From: Thermoflexales bacterium
Lineage (GTDB): Bacteria; Chloroflexota; Anaerolineae; Fen-1058
Assembly: GCA_034434835.1 (NCBI GenBank)
Contig: DAOTXX010000104.1
Coordinates: 1 to 54,315 of the forward strand
DNA length: 54,315 bases
Reading direction: 5' to 3'
The translations under genes were made by a program, and so were the position numbers. Of this stretch, positions 29,297 through 38,136 are shown piece after piece. Position 1 is the stretch's first letter, and each line of letters begins with the position of its first letter. The notes beneath the pieces are model-generated. The model saw nothing but the letters and a program-made list of their open reading frames with translations, had not been told where the DNA came from and searched no databases.

Positions 29297-30581
29297 CGCT
29301 GACTGCCTGCCCCGAAACCTGCAACAACAAACCAACTGCAATGAAACTGGTCAACAGCGAACTACCGCCATAGCTGAGGAACGGCAGCGTGACGCCCGTC
29401 AGCGGGATGAGCCGTGCATTGCCCGCCATGATGACCCATGCCTGCAAACCGATCAGCGTCGCAAGCCCCGCCCCTAACAATTGAGCAAAGGGGGCGCGCG
29501 CGCGCGTCGCCGCGCGAAAGCCGCGCATCGTCAAGACGCCAAACAAGATCACGACCGCTAACGTGCCCATCAGACCAAACTCTTCGCCGATCGCAGCATA
29601 AACAAAATCGCTGTGCACGACCGGGATGATTGTCGGCGCGCCCTGTCCCAGGCCTTGCCCGATGATCCCCCCTTCGCCTAGCGCGATGAGCGATTGGACG
29701 ATCTGAAACGCGCGCCCAGACGATTCAGCCCACGGGTTCCACCAAATATCCACACGGAGCGCAACACGGCTGATGAACTGATAGGCCACGCCCGCGCCAA
29801 TCAGGAACAAACCCAATCCCCCTAACACGTAGCCGGCCTGACCGCTTGCAATGTAGAGCATGACCAGGAATGTGAAAAAGAACAGCAGCGCCGCCCCGAT
29901 GTCTTGCTGCGAAGCCAGCAAGAGCATTGCCAATCCCCACATCACCAGGAGCGGCGCCAGGTAGGGTAGGGCAGGCAGATGGACCCAACCGATCCTGGTC
30001 CCGGCGGCAACGATCAACGTGCGCTTTTCGGCCAGGTACGATGAAAGGTAGGCCACGAACAACAGCTTGAGGATCTCGGATGGCTGCAAATACACTGGCC
30101 CCAGGCGCAGCCATAATCGCTCGACGCTCGCGCCAGACGGGTTGACGCCCAATACCAACGTAGCAGCCAACAGCGCCAGCCCGGCAAACAGCCACGTGTA
30201 ACGGTAACGCCTCAGCCAACGCAGATCGCGCGGAGCTGCGGTCACAGCCAGCAACGCGCCCACCGAGATCGGTAGCCATATCATCTGGCGATTGAGGAAG
30301 GGCGGCGCCAGCCGCGCGATCTCGATCAGCCCCCAGCCGGATAGCAGCGCCGTGACCGGCAGCAGGAGCGGGTCTCGCCCAGGCAGGCAGCGGTTGAGCC
30401 AGAGATGGGCGACTGTGAACGAGGCAGTCCAAACGATGAAGGATGAAGGATGAGGGATGAAGGATGAAGGGTGAAGGAGGGTGAGCAAGGCAAAGCCAAT
30501 CGCCACGAACAGCGCCGCCAGAATGAGCAACACGCGCTCGACCTTTGAATCTGTAATCTGCAACCTGCAATCCGCAATCAT
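29289..30581 (-). CDS. rodA: SEDS-family glycosyltransferase RodA/FtsW
   Basis: multi-TM; DFVYAAIGEEFGLMGTLAVVILFGVL..., GGSSLL; N-terminal loop contains HPSSFI repeats encoded by heptamer array. Confidence 0.85.
   Translation of the reverse strand: MIADCRLQITDSKVERVLLILAALFVAIGFALLTLLHPSSFIPHPSSFIVWTASFTVAHLWLNRCLPGRDPLLLPVTALLSGWGLIEIARLAPPFLNRQMIWLPISVGALLAVTAAPRDLRWLRRYRYTWLFAGLALLAATLVLGVNPSGASVERLWLRLGPVYLQPSEILKLLFVAYLSSYLAEKRTLIVAAGTRIGWVHLPALPYLAPLLVMWGLAMLLLASQQDIGAALLFFFTFLVMLYIASGQAGYVLGGLGLFLIGAGVAYQFISRVALRVDIWWNPWAESSGRAFQIVQSLIALGEGGIIGQGLGQGAPTIIPVVHSDFVYAAIGEEFGLMGTLAVVILFGVLTMRGFRAATRARAPFAQLLGAGLATLIGLQAWVIMAGNARLIPLTGVTLPFLSYGGSSLLTSFIAVGLLLQVSGQAVSDE
30436..30478. repeat. 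tandem heptanucleotide array (GATGAAG x6) inside rodA 5' region
   Basis: gatgaag gatgaag gatgagg gatgaag gatgaag ggtgaag; encodes HPSSFIPHPSSFI on minus strand. Confidence 0.85.
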
Positions 30582-30582
30582 C
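30548..30582. repeat. tandem heptanucleotide array (AATCTGC-type x5)
   Basis: aatctgt aatctgc aacctgc aatccgc aatcatc at rodA start / mtnP end. Confidence 0.8.
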
Positions 30583-31510
30583 TACGTCGCCCACGCCTGC
30601 GTGTGGATACGCTGGACTTGCGAGCAGGCAGATATTTACCGACAATCGGGGCCAGCTCGCGCTTGATGCTTTCCGGGATCAGGTCGCGCTGAGTGATGAG
30701 CGCGGTCGCCAGTGCGTCCTTACATTCGCACGTGCGCTCGACGCCGGCGACTGCGCTGACGAGATGCCCGACGGCCTGCTTGGTGAGCGCGGCGTTGGCG
30801 TTGAGGTTTTCGATCAGCATCGCCACGTTGACGGCCTCTTCGGTTTCGTGCCACACGTCGTAATCGGTGACGTGCGCCATGACCGCGTAGCACATTTCGG
30901 CTTCGCGCGCAAGCTGCGCCTCCGGGCAGGCCGTCATGCCGATGATGTCAAAGCCGAGCTTGCGATAGGTGGCGCTTTCGGCTTTGGTCGAAAAGCGCGG
31001 GCCTTCGATGGTGATGAACGTCCCGCCTTCGTGAACGGCCGGCGCGCCCGCCTGACGCGCGGCCTGAGCCACCTGGCAACTGAAATCCGGGCAAAATGGA
31101 TGCGCAAATGAAATGTGCCCTACCAGCCCGCGCCCAAAGAATGTGTGCTCCGAGCGCAGTTTGGTGTGATCGTAAAGCTGATCGGGCACGACAATATCGC
31201 GCGGCTTGAAATCTTCCCGCAAAGAGCCGCACGCGCTGATCGAAAGCACGCGCTCCACGCCCAGCGTCTTGAGCGCGTAAATGTTGGCGCGGCTGTTGAC
31301 TTCGCCGGGCAGGATGCGATGCCCGCGCCCGTGACGCGGCAGGAACGCGACGCGGATTCCATTGAGCGTCCCGACGATAATGGCGTCGGACGGATCGCCA
31401 AACGGGGTCTTGAGCCTGACCTCGGTTACATCGGTCAGGGCTTCCATGTGATAGATACCGCTTCCGCCGATGACGGCGAGGGTGACCAGTTGTGATGTTT
31501 TCTTTGCCAT
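30578..31510 (-). CDS. mtnP: S-methyl-5'-thioadenosine phosphorylase
   Basis: 310 aa from MAKKTSQLVTLAVIGGSGIY...; MTAP/PNP-family signature; RBS AGAGAGGAGAA. Confidence 0.85.
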   Translation of the reverse strand: MAKKTSQLVTLAVIGGSGIYHMEALTDVTEVRLKTPFGDPSDAIIVGTLNGIRVAFLPRHGRGHRILPGEVNSRANIYALKTLGVERVLSISACGSLREDFKPRDIVVPDQLYDHTKLRSEHTFFGRGLVGHISFAHPFCPDFSCQVAQAARQAGAPAVHEGGTFITIEGPRFSTKAESATYRKLGFDIIGMTACPEAQLAREAEMCYAVMAHVTDYDVWHETEEAVNVAMLIENLNANAALTKQAVGHLVSAVAGVERTCECKDALATALITQRDLIPESIKRELAPIVGKYLPARKSSVSTRRRGRRR

Positions 31511-31530
31511 ACAGGTTCTCCTCTCTTTTT

Positions 31531-31566
31531 TGACACGGTGACAAGGTGACAGGGTGACACGGTGAA
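31531..31566. repeat. tandem octamer array (TCACCNTG x4) upstream of mtnP
   Basis: minus strand tcaccgtg tcaccctg tcaccttg tcaccgtg. Confidence 0.8.
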
Positions 31567-31596
31567 ACATATCTCTGCCTCTGCCTTGTCTACTTT

Positions 31597-32034
31597 TCAC
31601 TTGTCTACTTGTTTACTCTGAATGTACCGCTCGATGGCTTCGAGGTAAGCTTCGAAATCGCCCAGGTTCTCGCGGGCGTAGGTCAGCACACGCGCGGGAT
31701 CAGTTTCCCAGTAGCGATGGACGATCAGGTTGCGAAAGCGCGCCATCTGGATCAGACGGTTGGCCAGGTCTGCGTCCACGATCTCCAACTCGCCCAGTCC
31801 TTCCATGCACTCGGCAAAACTGGCTGGCGATTTGGCCGCCGCACGCGCCAGGAGATGAGTGCAGATCCTGCCCACCGCCTCGATGCAAATGAGCAGCAGG
31901 TGAAGAACGGCCAGCAAATTGCGCTCGTCGGCAAAGAATTCCGCGTCCGGCAGCGCAGCGTAACGCCGGATTTTGGCGGCGTTTTGACGGATGTCTCTGG
32001 CCCGTTCTTTGATCAACTCGCGGTTGATTTTCAT
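31597..32034 (-). CDS. hepT: HepT-like toxin (DUF86)
   Basis: 145 aa; Rx4HxY motif (RNLIVHRY); overlaps upstream MNT gene by 4 nt. Confidence 0.8.
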   Translation of the reverse strand: MKINRELIKERARDIRQNAAKIRRYAALPDAEFFADERNLLAVLHLLLICIEAVGRICTHLLARAAAKSPASFAECMEGLGELEIVDADLANRLIQMARFRNLIVHRYWETDPARVLTYARENLGDFEAYLEAIERYIQSKQVDK

Positions 32035-32426
32035 GGCATCAATACCTCGCGTAAATAGATGCGCCCCAAGTGCTCAAAATCCATGTATTCGAGTGAGACG
32101 CGCTCGATATAGTCCGCGAGCATTTCTTCGTCTCGCACGAACAAAACCTTGCCCTGCAAAACAGAATGGCAAAAGCCGAGCGGCGCGCCGTTGAGCACGT
32201 GAACGTCCACCATCACGCGCAGCGCCTGCGTCAACTCGGTCGAAAGCGTCATCTCATAGTCGAACACATCGCCCGCCCATGACGGATCGAGATACACGGA
32301 CACGTCCACATCGTGATAAGGCAGGCCTTCCGCAAATGAGCCGTGCAGGTAGGCAAAGGCGATTTCAGGCCGCGCCTGTAGTCGCTCGCGTAGTTGATGC
32401 GTGATGCGTGATGCGTATTCCGTCAT
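32031..32426 (-). CDS. mntA: MNT nucleotidyltransferase antitoxin
   Basis: 131 aa; GSFAEGLPYHDVDVSV (GSx10DxD) minimal nucleotidyltransferase motif. Confidence 0.8.
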   Translation of the reverse strand: MTEYASRITHQLRERLQARPEIAFAYLHGSFAEGLPYHDVDVSVYLDPSWAGDVFDYEMTLSTELTQALRVMVDVHVLNGAPLGFCHSVLQGKVLFVRDEEMLADYIERVSLEYMDFEHLGRIYLREVLMP

Positions 32427-32439
32427 AGCCTATTCCAAT

Positions 32440-32539
32440 CCGTAGGAGCGCCCTCATGGGCGCGAGGGATGCCCTCATGGGCACGAATCGCGCCGAGGAC
32501 GGCGTTCCATGGTCGCGCCGAGGACGGCGCTCCTACGGG
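32440..32539. repeat. REP-like hairpin pair flanking RAYT2 (left)
   Basis: CCGTAGGAGCGCC...GGCGCTCCTACGG outer inverted repeat with internal GCGCCCTCATGGGCGC hairpins. Confidence 0.8.
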
Positions 32540-33033
32540 TATCCCAATGCTTCCCAATCAATATCACCGGCGCGGGAAGGGTGCGCAGTAGAGTACGGAT
32601 AGTCCTCGGGACGCTCGACGATTCCGCGCCGCACCGGGTTGTTGTGCATATACTCCAGGTGTTCCCAAAAATCAGGCTCATCACGGATGGCGTGATCCCA
32701 ATAGCCCTCTTGCCAGAATGTCCCTTTGCGCTTGAGCACGCGATTGATGCGCGTGGCTGTGTAGGTCTTGAAGCTATCCAAAACGCTCTTGAGCGCGTGT
32801 TCGCCGCGCAGGACGATCATAAAGTGAGAGTGATCGTCCATGATGACGTAACCGGCCAGCCACACGCGACCATTATCGCGCAACCATCGCAGTGAGTCAA
32901 TGCACAGTTCGGCCCCGTCCGGGAAGGGGATTCGCACACGCCGGTCATGTACATCAGTCGTGATGAAATAGCACACGCCCGGCAGCGAGACGCGCCCTTT
33001 GCGCAGGTTAGCCCCGTGCGGTCTTTCGGACAT
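32533..33033 (-). CDS. tnpA: IS200-like / REP-associated tyrosine transposase (RAYT), second copy
   Basis: 166 aa; GRVSLPGVCYFIT, HSHFMIV (HuH), YPYSTA; flanked by REP-like hairpins on both sides. Confidence 0.8.
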   Translation of the reverse strand: MSERPHGANLRKGRVSLPGVCYFITTDVHDRRVRIPFPDGAELCIDSLRWLRDNGRVWLAGYVIMDDHSHFMIVLRGEHALKSVLDSFKTYTATRINRVLKRKGTFWQEGYWDHAIRDEPDFWEHLEYMHNNPVRRGIVERPEDYPYSTAHPSRAGDIDWEALGYP

Positions 33034-33042
33034 TCACACCCT

Positions 33043-33134
33043 CCCGTAGGAGCGCCCTCATGGGCGCGAGGGATGCCCTCCTGGGCGCGAGGTTGGGTAT
33101 GCCGGGATAATCGCGCCCGGAGGGCGCTCCTACG
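33043..33134. repeat. REP-like hairpin pair flanking RAYT2 (right)
   Basis: GTAGGAGCGCCCTC...GAGGGCGCTCCTAC inverted repeat; same family as 32440-32539. Confidence 0.8.
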
Positions 33135-33137
33135 ATG

Positions 33138-35084
33138 TCATGTCATGTTTTCTTGGGCCCGGGCAATCCGCGGTTGGATAATTTGATCTACCAGGTCCGA
33201 TAGGCCAATATCTTGCCAGGCGGCAGCAGCTTTTCGATACAGGTCAATAGCTTCAGGCCAGTGCGATTGTTCGGCATGCCAGTCACCCTGACGGTAATAA
33301 ACACGAGCGCAACTGTAGCCATCGCCAACAGCCTGATAACCGGCCAGTGCATTTTGGTACATTTCCCAAGCCCGGTCAAATTGCCCTTGACCTCGCAACA
33401 GGTCGCCATGCGACAACGTCACGTTGGCTTCGCCCAGCCGGGCCCCGACGGCCTTGAACAGCGCAAGCGCCGCCTCGTACTTGGACAACGCCTCGTCCGT
33501 CCGTTTCAAAAAGTACAGCACGTCGCCCTGCGCCTGAAGCACGTTCGCCTCGCCCGAAACATTGTGGGCGGTTCGATAGAGCGGTAACGCGCGGTCGTAT
33601 TCTTCCAGCGCGTTGTGCCAGCCATCGTGATAATAGTACCAGCGTCCGCGCCGCAAAAAGACATCCGCCTGATGACCGAGCTTGAGGCGGCTGCGGATGG
33701 CCGGGACCTCCATCACTTCTAACAACTCGTTCCACCAGGCGTGGTCGAACTCAAAGTTAGCCTTGTCCACTATATCCCGCCAGGCTTCGAATTGCCCGGT
33801 CGGGTCAAGAAAGCACTGATGATATACCACGTCACGCCAGGCCTCTGGGTCGCGGCCGGACTCTACCTTTTGGCGGGCGTCCGCCAGGGCACGTGTGTGA
33901 ATGGCCCGGGCTTCCGGGTCATCCGCGCCGGTCAGGTAAGCGATCTGCACGCGGCGGACCACCTCGTGGAAAGTGTACCGACCGGGTTCAAGCGGTTTGA
34001 TAAAGGCGCGCGTGGTCAGCGTGCCAAAGTCAGCGTCGGTCAGGGTCTGGCTCAGCGCCGCGTTCAGGCTGGCGTGGTTGAAATGGCGCAAGAGCGGGCC
34101 ATACCGGGCCGCGTGATACAGCGGCTCGGGCAAATGCTTGAGGACCAGGCTGTACAGCCACTCGTCATACGAAACGGCCAGCGTCTTGGTGCGGATGATG
34201 TCGGCGGTCAATGGCTGCCTCGCCCGCCGGGCATCCTGATACACTTCGGCCAGCAGCCGGGTGCTGAGCGGGTGTCCCTTGAACCATTCGAACGCGGCGC
34301 GGCGCAGGGCCGCATCGTCCACTCCCATGTCAACCAGAAACCGCTCGCAATCTTCCGGGCTGAATTCGTCCAGTCGTTCCAGCCGGGTGGCGTGACGCAG
34401 AGGAGCATAGGGCAAATCCTGTCGCCCGCTCACAACGACGCGCAGATTGATCGCACGCTCGGCCGCCTGTTGGAGCAATTCCCACAGGCGCGCGATAACC
34501 TGGGGCGGGTTGGCTTCTGCAAAACGCTCGTAGGTATCCAAAAAGAGGATTGCACGGCGCGTACCCAACGCAGGCAGGACATCGAGCGCAGCGCGAGCCA
34601 GCTCTCGCTCCAATTGCTCCTGGTGCGGGGCGTACATGGCACGCAGTTCGTCGCTCAGGCGCACGTCTATCGTCGGCGGGCTGGCGGAAATCTGTCCGCC
34701 TGCGCTGGCGGTCTGTCGAAGGCTGAGGTGAAGCGGGGCCCCGACGCGCACACGGTTGATCTCTTCAACGATCGCGTTATAGCGTTCCCGGGCCTGGCGG
34801 GCCTGCTGCTCAAAGCGCGCCGCTGCCTCACGCCCGGCCATCCCGGCCAGCGCACACGGGACCGCTTCCAGCGGCTGGATGAGGTAAAAGTCCACCTTGC
34901 GCCAGGCCAGGTCGGCCAGCCGGCAGCGCGTCTCGATGAGCCATTCGATCAGCGTGGATTTGCCGTTGCCCGATTGGCCGGAATAGGCCAGTATCCAGCG
35001 CTCATCGCCGGGCCACAGCGCGTCGAACGCGCGAATCTGCTCTTCGCGGTCGGTGAAATGTTCAAGATGCGGCGGGAGTGGCAT
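33138..35084 (-). CDS. STAND-like P-loop NTPase with C-terminal TPR repeats
   Basis: 648 aa; HFTDREEQIRAF (FxGRxxE-like), GQSGNGKST Walker A, ILFLDTYE Walker B, helical middle, C-terminal TPR repeats; no N-terminal effector domain. Confidence 0.6.
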   Translation of the reverse strand: MPLPPHLEHFTDREEQIRAFDALWPGDERWILAYSGQSGNGKSTLIEWLIETRCRLADLAWRKVDFYLIQPLEAVPCALAGMAGREAAARFEQQARQARERYNAIVEEINRVRVGAPLHLSLRQTASAGGQISASPPTIDVRLSDELRAMYAPHQEQLERELARAALDVLPALGTRRAILFLDTYERFAEANPPQVIARLWELLQQAAERAINLRVVVSGRQDLPYAPLRHATRLERLDEFSPEDCERFLVDMGVDDAALRRAAFEWFKGHPLSTRLLAEVYQDARRARQPLTADIIRTKTLAVSYDEWLYSLVLKHLPEPLYHAARYGPLLRHFNHASLNAALSQTLTDADFGTLTTRAFIKPLEPGRYTFHEVVRRVQIAYLTGADDPEARAIHTRALADARQKVESGRDPEAWRDVVYHQCFLDPTGQFEAWRDIVDKANFEFDHAWWNELLEVMEVPAIRSRLKLGHQADVFLRRGRWYYYHDGWHNALEEYDRALPLYRTAHNVSGEANVLQAQGDVLYFLKRTDEALSKYEAALALFKAVGARLGEANVTLSHGDLLRGQGQFDRAWEMYQNALAGYQAVGDGYSCARVYYRQGDWHAEQSHWPEAIDLYRKAAAAWQDIGLSDLVDQIIQPRIARAQENMT

Positions 35085-35507
35085 TGGAAATTCTCCCTAT
35101 GATTTGCCCGAAGCTATACTGGTCGGAAATGATTTCAGTGCAATCGGAGTCAAGGCTTTAGCCGGAATTAGCCGCAAGAACCGGCTGAAGCCTCAATTCC
35201 AATGCACCCGTTTGATTTTTGCTCAGTATATACCCGGCGCGGCCCCCAAGTTTCATTTTGTCATTGCGAGGCCAAAGGCCGAAGTAATCTCCAGCGAGCC
35301 AAAGAGATTGCTTCGCGCCCTTTGGGCGCTGCTCAGAAACTTGCGCTTATCCTTCCGCAGGGACGACCGGCGATGAATCGCCGGTCTACACAGCGGCGCT
35401 GGCTGAAGCCAGCTACCCCCACCCTAACCCTCCCCCTGCGAAACGGGGGGAGTTGGAGGGGGGAGTGAAAGTTTACGACCGTTGACAGTATAGCCTCGCA
35501 TCGCACA
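35085..35507. repeat. repeat/hairpin-rich 420-bp intergenic region
   Basis: many short hairpins (GGCCAAAGGCC, GCGCCCTTTGGGCGC, CCGGCGATGAATCGCCGG, CCCCCTGCGAAACGGGGG) and GTCATTGCGAGG/AGATTGCTTCGC motifs shared with 20415-20573. Confidence 0.6.
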
Positions 35508-35834
35508 TCATGAGATTTTAGGCGCGCTGTCTTTGATGACACCGCCGCCGGACGCCTCTTGTTTGATCTCGCCCGCGCCGCCTTGAATCTCCGGGCCTGA
35601 ACCTTCGATACGCCCTTTGTCTGTGGCAGATTGCTCGATCTTGGGAACCGACGTTGCAGCCGGCGTCTCCGGCTCGGCGGCTTGCTTTTGCGCCTTGCCG
35701 CCCAGCTTGAACTTGACCGGCCCGATGCCGACTTCGGTCTTGCCCTCGATGATGGCGCTTTCCCGGTAAAGATACGCCAGGATCAGGATCACCACGACGG
35801 CAGAGATGATTCCGACGATTTGAACGATTTCCAT
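35508..35834 (-). CDS. small membrane protein
   Basis: ATG 35834 with GGGGGTG RBS; MEIVQIVGIISAVVVILILAYLY TM helix then Gly/Lys-rich tail; track N-terminal extension is read-through of heptamer array. Confidence 0.4.
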   Translation of the reverse strand: MEIVQIVGIISAVVVILILAYLYRESAIIEGKTEVGIGPVKFKLGGKAQKQAAEPETPAATSVPKIEQSATDKGRIEGSGPEIQGGAGEIKQEASGGGVIKDSAPKIS

Positions 35835-35846
35835 GTCACCCCCTTG

Positions 35847-35918
35847 GGATTGTAGATTGTAGATTGCTGATTGCAGATTGCGCAATCATCAATCAACTAT
35901 CTACAATCAGCAATCATC
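35847..35918. repeat. palindromic heptanucleotide array (GATTGNA x5 + CAATCNN x5)
   Basis: gattgta gattgta gattgct gattgca gattgcg | caatcat caatcaa ctatcta caatcag caatcat; forms ~35-bp hairpin. Confidence 0.85.
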
Positions 35919-36726
35919 AGAGCGAAGCTCGCAAAGAGCCACCATCAATTGGCAGTGTGACGCCGGTGATGTACGAGGCGGCTGGCGAGGCCAGGAACAC
36001 GGTCGCGTTGGCAAATTCCTCCGGCGTGCCCATGCGCCCCAGCGGGATACCGGCGATGATGCTGGCGGCTTCTTGTTCCGGCGTCGTGCCATTGGCCCGG
36101 GCGCGCGCAGCCAGCAGCTCGGTCACGCGCTCGGTCATCGTCCAGCCCGGCGCGACGGCGTTGACGCGGATGTGGCTTGGGGCCAGCTCGTTCGAAAGCG
36201 ATTTCATCAGGCCGATGACGGCCATGCGGATGCTGTTGGAAAGGATCAGGTTCGCCATCGGCTGCTTGACCGAAACCGAAGTCATAAAGACGATGCCGGG
36301 GCGGGCATCGGGATGCCCTTCTGCGAGTTTCTTCATGTGCGGGACGACGGCGTAGCACAATCGCACCGCGCTCATCAACGTCAGGTTGGTTGCCTGCTCC
36401 CACTGCTCCGGCTTCAAAGTCTCGAACGTCCCGGCCGGCGGGCCGCCGGCATTGACGATGAGCACGTCAATCCGCCCGAATCGCTCCAGCGTCCCGGCGA
36501 CCAGCGCGGTCACGTCGGTTGGTACCGTCACATCGGCCTTGAACCCCACCACCTCCGCGCCAGTTTCCTGCGCAATCCGCCCGGCCGTCTCTTGAGCGCG
36601 CGCCAGGTCTCGCGCGCACAGCGCCACCTTCGCGCCTTCCATGGCGAACCGATGCGCCACTGCCGCGCCCAATCCGCGCGAGGCGGCAGTGACAAGCGCA
36701 ACCTGACCCCCAAGCCCCAAATCCAT
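35917..36726 (-). CDS. SDR-family oxidoreductase
   Basis: ATG 36726 with GGGAGGTG RBS; [12 protein letters not shown] Rossmann motif, NAGG, catalytic S...YxxxK region. Confidence 0.8.
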   Translation of the reverse strand: MDLGLGGQVALVTAASRGLGAAVAHRFAMEGAKVALCARDLARAQETAGRIAQETGAEVVGFKADVTVPTDVTALVAGTLERFGRIDVLIVNAGGPPAGTFETLKPEQWEQATNLTLMSAVRLCYAVVPHMKKLAEGHPDARPGIVFMTSVSVKQPMANLILSNSIRMAVIGLMKSLSNELAPSHIRVNAVAPGWTMTERVTELLAARARANGTTPEQEAASIIAGIPLGRMGTPEEFANATVFLASPAASYITGVTLPIDGGSLRASL

Positions 36727-36746
36727 CTCCACCTCCCTGGTCAAAT

Positions 36747-36804
36747 GACGAAAGACGAACGACGAAGGACGAAAGGCGTTCTCTTTCGTCTTTGGTCTTT
36801 CGTC
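36747..36804. repeat. palindromic heptanucleotide array (GACGAAN x4 + inverted)
   Basis: gacgaaa gacgaac gacgaag gacgaaa | ggcgttc tctttcg tctttgg tctttcg. Confidence 0.8.
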
Positions 36805-36808
36805 TACC

Positions 36809-37240
36809 TCACGCTTTGATCTCGACTTTGAACCTTACCTGCCCGATCCCAATCACATCGCCTGCGCCCAAGACCACAGGCGCAGTGACCGGCTCTTCGT
36901 TAAGCCGCGTGCCGTTGCGGCTGCCGAGGTCTTCCAGCCACCATTGCCCGCCGCGCCAGGAGATGAGCGCGTGCTCGGCAGAAGCAAAAGTATCTGGCAC
37001 GACGATCGTGTTCGACGCGCCGCGCCCCAGCGTCGTAAAGGGCTGAAGTGGGAACACCGCGCCCGGCTCCAGGCCATCGCAGCTCGAAATCAAGGCCAGC
37101 CACGCCTTGCGTTCCTGGACGGCAGTAGGCGTCTGGGCAGTCGAGCGCAGCTCGCGCCACAGCACGACAAACACGGCAGCCAGAAATGCATACAACAGAA
37201 CGGTCAAGAGTACGCGGATGATAAAGATGACAATATCCAT
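36809..37240 (-). CDS. FHA-domain membrane protein (FhaB-like)
   Basis: N-terminal TM helix, C-terminal FHA ([14 protein letters not shown]...SAEHALI...GSRNGTRLN). Confidence 0.7.
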   Translation of the reverse strand: MDIVIFIIRVLLTVLLYAFLAAVFVVLWRELRSTAQTPTAVQERKAWLALISSCDGLEPGAVFPLQPFTTLGRGASNTIVVPDTFASAEHALISWRGGQWWLEDLGSRNGTRLNEEPVTAPVVLGAGDVIGIGQVRFKVEIKA

Positions 37241-37247
37241 CTATGTA

Positions 37248-38060
37248 TCATTCGTCGCGCGAAGCGGTCAGGCGGCCAAGCAGAGGCGGCGTATCCTGTC
37301 TATCGGGCGGCGAAGGCGGTGTGGGACTGTCTTCGCCATAGATGACCTGCACTCCCGCCAGGCTGATCACATCCCCCGGTTGAAGCAGACATTCGCTCAC
37401 GCGGTCGCCATTGACAAAGGTGCCGCCCGACGAGCCAAGATCATACACGACATAGCGCCCGGCGCGGCGGCGCAACTGCGCGTGACGACGGCTGACGCGC
37501 GGATCGTTCAGGATCACGTCATTGTCCAGGCTTCGGCCAATCGTCACGATGGAACGATCAAGGGGGACGGTGCGCCGTCCGTCGAGAATGAGGAAAGATG
37601 ACGCCGCTGGCGCGCGGTCCAGCTCGGCGCGCATCGCTGCCGAGGTTTGGGTATCCATCTCGGTTGTGTGCCCCGATTCGACGCTCTCTGGAGGAGCGTA
37701 ACGCGCTGCTACAGACACCTGATGGCGAGGGATGTCCGGCGAAGAGTGAACCTGGACCACCGGCGTCTGTGTGAGCACCAGTTGTGCCTGCGCAGCCAGC
37801 TCGATGACCGATTGCGTCAGGTCGTCTGGCAGCGTCGGCTGAGCCTGGCGCAGCGCCTCATAGTCGGCCGGGTTCAGGTAGACCCAATAGAGGTTGGGGG
37901 CCAGATGCTCGCCGCGCAGATTGAGCACCTGGCCGTCCTCCATCGCGCGCGCCAACTGGAGCGCGACTTCGATCGGATAAAGTCGCCCGGCGAACCATTT
38001 GCCGAACGCACCCTCGACAAGCCGTTCGGCCAGCTTTTCAAAGTGAGATAGAGGGTTCAA
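37248..38060 (-). CDS. FhaA-like protein (DUF3662 + FHA)
   Basis: N-terminal MNPLSHFEKLAERLVEGAFGKWF (DUF3662 signature), C-terminal FHA (TIGRSLDNDVILNDPRVSRRHAQL...GSSGGTFVNG). Confidence 0.75.
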   Translation of the reverse strand: MNPLSHFEKLAERLVEGAFGKWFAGRLYPIEVALQLARAMEDGQVLNLRGEHLAPNLYWVYLNPADYEALRQAQPTLPDDLTQSVIELAAQAQLVLTQTPVVQVHSSPDIPRHQVSVAARYAPPESVESGHTTEMDTQTSAAMRAELDRAPAASSFLILDGRRTVPLDRSIVTIGRSLDNDVILNDPRVSRRHAQLRRRAGRYVVYDLGSSGGTFVNGDRVSECLLQPGDVISLAGVQVIYGEDSPTPPSPPDRQDTPPLLGRLTASRDE

Positions 38061-38136
38061 TGAGCAAATCCCAATTTCAAGTTTTCAATTCTCAACTTTG
38101 AGGATTATAGCCTAACGGTAAGGAGACGGCAAGCGG

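Noticed and set aside
35834-35885. N-terminal extension MRNLQSAIYNLQSQGGD of the small membrane protein
   Set aside because: It is a translation of the GATTGNA heptamer array; the downstream ATG 35834 has a proper RBS.
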